64,000 bases of DNA from assembly GCA_964602595.1 (NCBI GenBank), contig CAZRRO010000003.1:413438-477437 (forward strand), read 5' to 3'. Source of the DNA: an uncultured Verrucomicrobiota bacterium. Its GTDB lineage: Bacteria; Verrucomicrobiota; Verrucomicrobiia; Limisphaerales; UBA9464. Numbering within the stretch: position 1 is the first letter of the stretch; each line of letters opens with the position of its first letter. Below are positions 18,035-24,561 of this stretch, piece after piece. Both the position numbers and the translations under genes were made by a program. The notes under the pieces are model-generated. The model did no database searches. It saw nothing but the letters and a program-made list of their open reading frames with translations, and was not told the origin of the DNA.

Positions 18035-19807
18035 ATGAATGCTCCCGTCACGCTCCTGATCGTCCTGCTCTCGGTCCTTTTCGGCCTGAGCGCGCTCTAC
18101 TGGCTGCTCGGCCTGGTCCTCATCGACGAGCGCCAGGTCGGCATCGTCGTGAAACGCTTCGCCGCCACCTCGCTTGCCCCGGGTCGGCTGATCGCGCTCG
18201 CCGGTGAGGCGGGCTACCAGGCCGACACGCTCGCGCCCGGCCTGCACTTCGGCTACTGGCGTTGGCAATATCAGGTATTCAAGGCCCCGGTCACGGAAGT
18301 CTCGCCGGGTGAGATCGCGCTCGTCGTTTCCGCGGACGGCGCGCCCATTCCCGCGGAACGCATCCTCGGGCAGGTCGTGGACTGCGACAGCTTTCAGGAC
18401 GCCCGGAAGTTCCTCGTAAACGGCGGCGAACGCGGACGCCAGTTGGGCATCCTCACGGCCGGCACCTACCGCATCAACACGGCGCTCTTCACCGTGATCA
18501 CCGCCGCGCAGGCGGGCGCCCATGCCATGCACAGGGAGGCGCTGGAAGTTCAACGGGTCGCCCCCGACATGGTGGGTATCGTCACCACGCTGGACGGACG
18601 GCCCATCGAGGCCGGTGAAATTGCCGGCCCGACCATCGCGAACCACGACAACTTCCAGAACGCCCAGGCCTTCGTCACCGGCGGCGGCCGACGCGGCTTG
18701 CAGGAACAGGTGTTGCTCAGCGGCAGTTGGAACCTGAACCCGTGGTTCGTGCAGGTGGAACAGGTCCGCATGGTCGAGGTTCCCATCGGCTCCGTCGGCG
18801 TGGTCATCTCCTTCGTGGGTGCCGCGCACCTCGACGTGAGCGGCGCCGACTTCAAGCACGGCGACCTCGTCAACGTCGGTCACAAGGGCGTGTGGGTTTC
18901 GCCGCTTTATCCCGGCAAACATCCGCTGAACACCCGCATCATGAAGGTGGAACTCGTGCCCACCACGAACATCGTCCTCAACTGGGCCAACCGCACCGAG
19001 GCCCACCATTACGACGCCAAGCTCAACTCCATCACCGTGCGTTCGCGCGACGGCTTTGCCTTCAACCTCGACGTCTCGCAGATCATCCACGTCGGCGCGC
19101 CCGACGCGCCCAAGGTCATCTCGCGCGTCGGTTCCATGCAGAACCTCGTGGACCACGTCCTCCAGCCGATCGTCGGCAACTACTTCCGCAACTCGGCGCA
19201 GGACTACACCGTGCTCGACTTCCTCAGCGCGCGCAGCCACCGCCAGACCGAGGCGGCGGAACACATCCGCGTCGCCATCGGCGCCTATGACGTGCAGGCC
19301 ATCGACACGCTGATCGGTGACATCAATCCGCCCGCCGAACTCATGCAGACGCAGACCGACCGCAAGATCGCCGAGGAACAGCGCAAGACCTACGAGGTGC
19401 AGGAAGCCGCGCAGGTCCAGCGCCAGCAACTCGTCCGGCAGACCTCGCTCGCGGACATCCAGCAACAGGTCGTCGGCGCGGAACAGGGCGTGAACATCGC
19501 CGAATTGAAGTCCAACGCCCACATCAAGCAGGCCACCGGCGAGGCCGAAGCAACCCGCCTGCGGTCGCTCGGCGAGGCCCAGGCCATCCGCGCCACGGGC
19601 ACCGCCAAGGCCGAGGCCTACCGCGCCGGTGTCGAGGCGCTCGGCGCCCAAAGTTACACGCTCATGCAACTGATGCAGGTCGTCGGCGAGCGCAACGTCC
19701 GGATCGTGCCCGACGTGGCCGTGAACGGCGCCGGCGCCAACGGCGGCCTCGTCGAGGGCCTGCTCGGCGTGATGCTGAAGAAGGAGGCCGTCGGGAAGAC
19801 GGCATAA
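18035..19807 (+). CDS. SPFH/band-7 (flotillin-like) membrane protein
   Basis: ATG 18035 preceded by agaaaggaa. N-terminal TM (VTLLIVLLSVLFGLSALYWLLGLVLI) is followed by ERQVGIVVKRF (SPFH start). C-terminal E/A/Q-rich coiled coil is typical of flotillins. Confidence 0.85.
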   Translation: MNAPVTLLIVLLSVLFGLSALYWLLGLVLIDERQVGIVVKRFAATSLAPGRLIALAGEAGYQADTLAPGLHFGYWRWQYQVFKAPVTEVSPGEIALVVSADGAPIPAERILGQVVDCDSFQDARKFLVNGGERGRQLGILTAGTYRINTALFTVITAAQAGAHAMHREALEVQRVAPDMVGIVTTLDGRPIEAGEIAGPTIANHDNFQNAQAFVTGGGRRGLQEQVLLSGSWNLNPWFVQVEQVRMVEVPIGSVGVVISFVGAAHLDVSGADFKHGDLVNVGHKGVWVSPLYPGKHPLNTRIMKVELVPTTNIVLNWANRTEAHHYDAKLNSITVRSRDGFAFNLDVSQIIHVGAPDAPKVISRVGSMQNLVDHVLQPIVGNYFRNSAQDYTVLDFLSARSHRQTEAAEHIRVAIGAYDVQAIDTLIGDINPPAELMQTQTDRKIAEEQRKTYEVQEAAQVQRQQLVRQTSLADIQQQVVGAEQGVNIAELKSNAHIKQATGEAEATRLRSLGEAQAIRATGTAKAEAYRAGVEALGAQSYTLMQLMQVVGERNVRIVPDVAVNGAGANGGLVEGLLGVMLKKEAVGKTA

Positions 19808-19898
19808 ACGCACACACCCGACGCGGCCTCGGGAACATCACGCAGTTGCCGGGGCGTGCGTGCTCGCCGTCGCCCCACAGGTAACGCTGGAGAACAGG

Positions 19899-20939
19899 TC
19901 AACGGGTGATCCGAAGGCGAAAGAAGCGAACCTCTGAATCAAATGGCACCTCCACAGAAGCAACCGAGCCATCGCCCCCGATCTCATCACCCAAGGGTTC
20001 CCACACGGCGGAATCCGGCGTATCCGCCTGCTCGAACTGATAGAAGCCGCCTGGCTGTGTCAGGGCGCGAAGTTGCAGCCCTTCGCCAGTTTGTTCGGCC
20101 ATCAATGACGGTGCTTCCGGCGCGCTCCCGCCGACAGTGAACCGGAACACGGGGCTAACCGTCCGCACGCCGTCCGTGACCTGGACGATCTTCCAGTAGT
20201 TGGTGGAGCCAGGAGAAAGACCGGTTAAGCTCCAACTCGGCTCGAAGGCAGTTCCAAGCAGTTGGGCGGAGCCAAGACTGGCCGTGGAGCCCAGATAGAC
20301 CTCGTATTCGACCGACGCGGGTAGGACTTCGAGGCGAACCCCGTCCACTCGGGCCGCACAGCTTTGCGCCGAGCCAATCTGGTTGGTCACCGAAAAGGTC
20401 AGCTTGAAAGACTGCCCAAGGTAAGCGCTCACATCCACCTCATGCTGGTTCCATGGAGCAACATTCTCTAAACCGCAAATTGCGTCGTAAATCACTTCGG
20501 CAGTCCGCGAACCGACAACTTGGAGGTCCACCTTGAAGTGAGGCCGTCGTTCGGGATCCCCGAGTCCGGTCGTGTTGTCCCACCACACCAACCGCGCTCC
20601 AGAACCGGTGCCGGGAAGTTTGATCTCTTGGAGTAACACTGCCTCGCTGAAGCGGGGCAAGTTGTTGTTCCTGATTGGTATTTCGGCGAAACGAGTCCCT
20701 TCAAAGGCGCTAGGCGCGTCCGCAGTTACCCGCCAGGGAATCAGAACGCCCCATGCCGCGCTTCCCGATTCGAAGCCTCCATTGGCTACATAGTTCGTGA
20801 GCGAACCCGGCTCCCAGTTCAAAACCAAATCGGTCGGCTGATCATAGGCTAGGTTTGGCGGAAACGTCAGCGTTGGCGCTCCACCCAGCACGGTGAACGC
20901 CAGCAGCACGAGCAGGGAAAGCAACCTTGAGGCGGCCAT
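19899..20939 (-). CDS. Secreted protein: jelly-roll (CBM-like) domain, Ig/FN3-like domain and shared [FY][FY]R[LVN] C-terminal domain
   Basis: ORF 19899-20996; the ATG at 20939 gives signal peptide MAASRLLSLLVLLAFTVLGGA. NGGFESG..AW is typical of CBM4/9-like sandwiches. It ends ...EVRFFRLRITR. Lower GC than its flanks. Confidence 0.65.
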   Translation of the reverse strand: MAASRLLSLLVLLAFTVLGGAPTLTFPPNLAYDQPTDLVLNWEPGSLTNYVANGGFESGSAAWGVLIPWRVTADAPSAFEGTRFAEIPIRNNNLPRFSEAVLLQEIKLPGTGSGARLVWWDNTTGLGDPERRPHFKVDLQVVGSRTAEVIYDAICGLENVAPWNQHEVDVSAYLGQSFKLTFSVTNQIGSAQSCAARVDGVRLEVLPASVEYEVYLGSTASLGSAQLLGTAFEPSWSLTGLSPGSTNYWKIVQVTDGVRTVSPVFRFTVGGSAPEAPSLMAEQTGEGLQLRALTQPGGFYQFEQADTPDSAVWEPLGDEIGGDGSVASVEVPFDSEVRFFRLRITR

Positions 20940-21021
20940 ACTTGGGCAGGCAGCGTGTCCGAACGTCGCCAAGGGTGTCAAATTGCTGCATTCCATCAGC
21001 GTGGGCTGGGCGTCGAGTCAC

Positions 21022-21159
21022 TACACGCTCATGCAGCTGATTCAGGTCGTCGGCGAGCGCAACGTCCGGATCGTGCCCGACGCGGCCGTGAACGGCGGCC
21101 TCGTCGAGGGCCTGCTCGGCGTGATGCTGAAGAAGGAAGCCGTCGCCAAGGCGGCGTAG
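21022..21159 (+). pseudogene. Displaced duplicate of the last 45 codons of the SPFH gene
   Basis: By my manual alignment, 129/138 nt are identical to 19655-19807, plus one 15-nt in-frame indel. It translates YTLMQLIQVVGERNVRIVPDAAVNGGLVEGLLGVMLKKEAVAKAA* versus YTLMQLMQVVGERNVRIVPDVAVNGAGANGGLVEGLLGVMLKKEAVGKTA*. No upstream gene body is present. Confidence 0.8.
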
Positions 21160-21181
21160 CCCGGCCTCGTTGTCCGGCACC

Positions 21182-21207
21182 GCCCCGGGAGCCAACGCTC
21201 CCGGGGC
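21182..21207 (+). terminator. Perfect 11-bp GC hairpin after the SPFH 3'-end remnant (probable ancestral terminator)
   Basis: gccccgggagc-caac-gctcccggggc, 22 nt after the remnant's TAG. No U-tract. Confidence 0.4.
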
Positions 21208-21272
21208 GCAACGGGCGAAGGGAATTGTCCGGAACATTGACGGCGCCTGCCCCGGTGCGGACGCTGGCGTCC

Positions 21273-22460
21273 ATGCATCCCCGATTACTCCGGCTGGGTT
21301 TGGTGTGGTCCTGCGCGTTTTCGCTCCTCGCCGCCCCGCCCAAGCTGACCGGTGTCGGCACCGCGATGCAGGACATGGTTGCGAAGCAGGAGATCGCCGG
21401 CGCGGTCACGATGGTCGTCACCAAAAACAAGGTCCGGCACCTCGAAGCGAACGGTTTCGCCGATGTCGCCGCCCAGAAGCCGATGCGGACCGACACCGTC
21501 TTCTGGATTGCGTCCATGACCAAGCCGGTCACCGCCACCGCCGTGCTCATGCTTCAGGACGACGGCAAGCTGAACGTCCACGATCCCGTCGCGAAATATC
21601 TGCCGGAGTTCGCAAACCTGAAGACGCCGTCCGGCCAGCCCGCCAACCTCACCATCGTCCAGATCCTCACGCACACCTCCGGCCTCGGTGAAGCCGGAGG
21701 CCCGGCCGCCCGCGAGGCGAAGACCCTTGCCGACCTCGTTCCGCTCTGGCTGGCCGCGCCGATGCAATTCGAGCCGGGCAGCAAATGGAGCTATTGCCAG
21801 AGCGGCATCAACGCCGCCGGCCGCATCGTCGAGGTGGTCAGCGGGATGAGCTTCGACGCCTTTCTCCATAAGCGTCTCTTCGGCCCGCTGGGCATGGAGA
21901 GCACGACGTTTTACCTGGGCGAACCCGAGCGCGCCCGGCTGGTGACCGCCTACGCCAGGAACAAGGACTCCGGCCAGCTCGAAGCCGTGCCGCCGCGCCC
22001 GGAATTCGGCCCACGCGACCGCCCGCCACAGGGCAACGGCGGGCTTTACTCCACCGCCGAAGACTACGCGCGCTTCTGCCAGATGCTGCTCGGCGGCGGG
22101 AAGTTCAAGGGCCGCCGCTACCTGAGCGCGGAGGCGTTGAAGCTCCTCTCCACTCCGCAGACGCCGGACACCATGCCCGTCGGCTTCTTCCAGAACGAAA
22201 CCTACGGCAAACGTGGCCTGAACTACGGCTGGGGACTCGGCTCCTGCGTCCTCAAGGCGCCGCACGACGGCGTGCCCGCGATGCTGTCACCCGGCACCTT
22301 CGGCCATGGCGGCGCGTGGGGCACGCAGGCATGGATCGATCCCGTGAAGGGTGTCGCCTACGTGCTGATGGTCCAGCGCTCCAACTTCCCCAACAGCGAC
22401 GCCAGCGACGTCCGCCGCGCCTTCCAGCAAGCGGCAGTGGAGGCGTTGGGGAATCGGTGA
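21273..22460 (+). CDS. Secreted serine hydrolase, beta-lactamase (class C/PBP4-like) family
   Basis: ATG 21273 (MHPRLLRLGLVWSCAFSLLAAP signal). S-x-x-K nucleophile motif FWIASMTKPVTA, plus LLTHTSGL-like ILTHTSGL and HGGAWGT near the C-terminus. Confidence 0.85.
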   Translation: MHPRLLRLGLVWSCAFSLLAAPPKLTGVGTAMQDMVAKQEIAGAVTMVVTKNKVRHLEANGFADVAAQKPMRTDTVFWIASMTKPVTATAVLMLQDDGKLNVHDPVAKYLPEFANLKTPSGQPANLTIVQILTHTSGLGEAGGPAAREAKTLADLVPLWLAAPMQFEPGSKWSYCQSGINAAGRIVEVVSGMSFDAFLHKRLFGPLGMESTTFYLGEPERARLVTAYARNKDSGQLEAVPPRPEFGPRDRPPQGNGGLYSTAEDYARFCQMLLGGGKFKGRRYLSAEALKLLSTPQTPDTMPVGFFQNETYGKRGLNYGWGLGSCVLKAPHDGVPAMLSPGTFGHGGAWGTQAWIDPVKGVAYVLMVQRSNFPNSDASDVRRAFQQAAVEALGNR

Positions 22461-22520
22461 TGGTCCACTGGTTTCGACATTGCGGCGTTGGGAAAAGCAT
22501 GATGAACGAACTGTAAACAT

Positions 22521-23138
22521 ATGCCTTACCAACCTCTTCTTCCCGGCTTTCAAGAACCGCCGCCGGGAAAAGACGGTTCGAAACCGCTTGGTAGGCAGGG
22601 TGGAAAAGACCACCTGTTTCTCGCGGTCCTGCCTGAACCCGATGCCGCCTCCTGCATATTCGAATTGGGACAGTTGGAGAGCGCCAAACACGGCTTGAGG
22701 GGAAAGCCCATCGCGAAACAGCGCCTCCATGTAACCCTTGCCTCTCTCGGACATCATTCCGGCCGGCCCGAACCGGTCCTCGCGGCGGCTGACGCGGCCG
22801 CCCGGACGATCACTGCAGCAACATCGCCGTTCGAAGTGGGATTTCATCGCGCAGGCAGCTTTGTCGGCAGGCCGGGCAACCGGCCATTCGTGCTCCGGGA
22901 CGACGGCAGTAACTCCGCCTTGACGGTGGTTCAGGAGCGGCTCTGGGTAGGTTTGGTAGGCAAAGGCAGGTCCGGTTTTACTCCACATGTAACTCTGCTT
23001 TATGACGAACAACTCGTTCCCGAACAGGAAGTCCGGCCGATCCGCTGGAGCGTCAGCGAGATTGTGCTGATCCACAGTTTCGTCGGCCAGTCGCGCTACG
23101 AAACGATCGGAAGGTGGAGGTTGCGCGGCGGGAATTGA
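22521..23138 (+). CDS. 2H phosphoesterase superfamily protein (LigT/2'-5' RNA ligase-like)
   Basis: Two H-x-T-x motifs with the expected spacing: LHVTLASLG (aa ~70) and PHVTLLYD (aa ~156). N-terminal HLFLAVLPEP matches the first strand of LigT-like proteins. The 331-aa minus ORF 22287-23282 is its shadow. Confidence 0.8.
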   Translation: MPYQPLLPGFQEPPPGKDGSKPLGRQGGKDHLFLAVLPEPDAASCIFELGQLESAKHGLRGKPIAKQRLHVTLASLGHHSGRPEPVLAAADAAARTITAATSPFEVGFHRAGSFVGRPGNRPFVLRDDGSNSALTVVQERLWVGLVGKGRSGFTPHVTLLYDEQLVPEQEVRPIRWSVSEIVLIHSFVGQSRYETIGRWRLRGGN

Positions 23139-23245
23139 TTCTGCGGAAAGGCTAACGAAATGGTGAGATCGCCTGTGCGGACAGTTTTCCGCAGCGGTCC
23201 TGCCAAACCTATCCCAAAGGGGTGGAATTGGAGGCGCGTTATCAC

Positions 23246-23294
23246 ACAACAAAACTGTTGCTACCATATCGGCGTAAAGCAACAGTTGCGTTGT
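23246..23294 (+). promoter_or_regulatory. 16-bp imperfect inverted repeat (9-bp perfect core) abutting the ATPase-1 start codon
   Basis: acaacaaaactgttgc (23246-23261), 17-nt loop, gcaacagttgcgttgt (23279-23294). 14/16 positions pair; the core is aactgttgc/gcaacagtt. The right arm ends 2 nt before ATG 23296. Confidence 0.4.
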
Positions 23295-23295
23295 T

Positions 23296-24561
23296 ATGAA
23301 TGAAACCCAACCAGTGCCCAGGCTATCACGCAGTCTTGTTGGGCAAATCCCCGACCCAAGCGAACTCTACGGCCGCGAGGACTTTGTCCAGCATCTCTGG
23401 AAGCTGATTGAAGCAAACAATGTCCTGCTGCTGGCACCGCGCCGGTTCGGAAAGAGCGGGGTGATGCGGCATGTGCTGCTGCATCCGCAGCCGCAATACC
23501 TGCCGCTGGCGTTCGAGTTGGAAGACGTGGATTCCGCCGAAGAATTCGTGTGGCGGGTCACCAGGGAACTGCTCAGCCAAGACTCACTCCGATCCTTGCT
23601 CAGTCAGGCCAAGAAGCTGCCATCGGGAATCATGTCGTGGGTCAAGGGGACTTTCGACGAGGCAGAGTTCGAGGGAGCCAAGATCAAGTTCAAGGCCCAG
23701 TTGAAGGAGGACTGGCGAGAAGCGGCTAGGCGGATGCTGACCGAGTTGGAGAAGGCCGATCAAACCATCATCTTTTTGTTCGATGAACTACCGGCCATGT
23801 TGGACCGGATCATCGAGAAGCAGGGAGAAGCCGCCGCCCGGGACTTCCTGGCTTGGTTCCGCACCGTGCGTTTGGAGCAGAAGGATGTCCTGCGCCGTCA
23901 TCGCTTCATCGTCGCGGGCAGCGTTGGTATCGACCAAATTCTTCGGAAGCTTGATGCAAGCGACAAGCTGGTGGATTTCGCCCGCCTGACCGTCGAACCT
24001 CTCGACGATCCCACTGCACAAAAGCTGGCTGAGGATTTAGCCGCCACTTTCTCGATCACTTGGAATGCCGAGCTGTCAGCGGAGCTTTTTCGCCTGATCG
24101 GTGCGCCCGTCCCCTATTTCATCCACATTTTCTTTGCCCAAGCGGGCCAGCTTCCGCTGGCGCAACGCTCACAGCTTACGGCGGCGACTTTGGCGCAGAT
24201 TTACCAAGATCGCGTGCTGGGGCCGACCTGCCGCCATTACTTCAACCACTACAGCAGCCGGTTGAAACGCTACGGCAAGATGGGTGAAAAGGCCGCCTTC
24301 GCGATTCTGCGGGCGGTGGCCAGCCAGGGGCGGATTTCACGACCCCAGTTGTATGACATCTACCGCAAGAGCCGGGGGCGAGGGGCCAGCGATCAGGACT
24401 TCGACGAGCTCATGGCGGATCTGGAATACGACTGGTATCTCCAGCTCGCACCCGCCACCAACGAGTTTTATTTCCGGCTCAAGGTCATGCAGGACTGGTG
24501 GCGGCGCTGGTATCCGGCGGCGGCAGCCAAGAAGAAGGTGGCCCGGAGGAAGCAGTCGTGA
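23296..24561 (+). CDS. AAA+ ATPase (archaeal-ATPase/ORC-like P-loop) with C-terminal winged helix
   Basis: LYGREDFVQHLWKLIEANNVLLLAPRRFGKSGVM (Walker A), QTIIFLFDELP (Walker B, hhhhDE), C-terminal AILRAVASQGRISRPQLYDIY (wHTH-like). 421 aa. Confidence 0.75.
   Translation: MNETQPVPRLSRSLVGQIPDPSELYGREDFVQHLWKLIEANNVLLLAPRRFGKSGVMRHVLLHPQPQYLPLAFELEDVDSAEEFVWRVTRELLSQDSLRSLLSQAKKLPSGIMSWVKGTFDEAEFEGAKIKFKAQLKEDWREAARRMLTELEKADQTIIFLFDELPAMLDRIIEKQGEAAARDFLAWFRTVRLEQKDVLRRHRFIVAGSVGIDQILRKLDASDKLVDFARLTVEPLDDPTAQKLAEDLAATFSITWNAELSAELFRLIGAPVPYFIHIFFAQAGQLPLAQRSQLTAATLAQIYQDRVLGPTCRHYFNHYSSRLKRYGKMGEKAAFAILRAVASQGRISRPQLYDIYRKSRGRGASDQDFDELMADLEYDWYLQLAPATNEFYFRLKVMQDWWRRWYPAAAAKKKVARRKQS

Noticed and set aside
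17975-19813. 612-aa minus-strand ORF covering the SPFH gene
   Set aside because: It is the antisense shadow; the plus frame has the TM helix, SPFH start motif and flotillin coiled coil.
22287-23282. 331-aa minus-strand ORF
   Set aside because: It overlaps the end of the beta-lactamase-family gene and the whole 2H phosphoesterase gene. The plus frame carries both HxTx motifs, while the minus product has no motifs.
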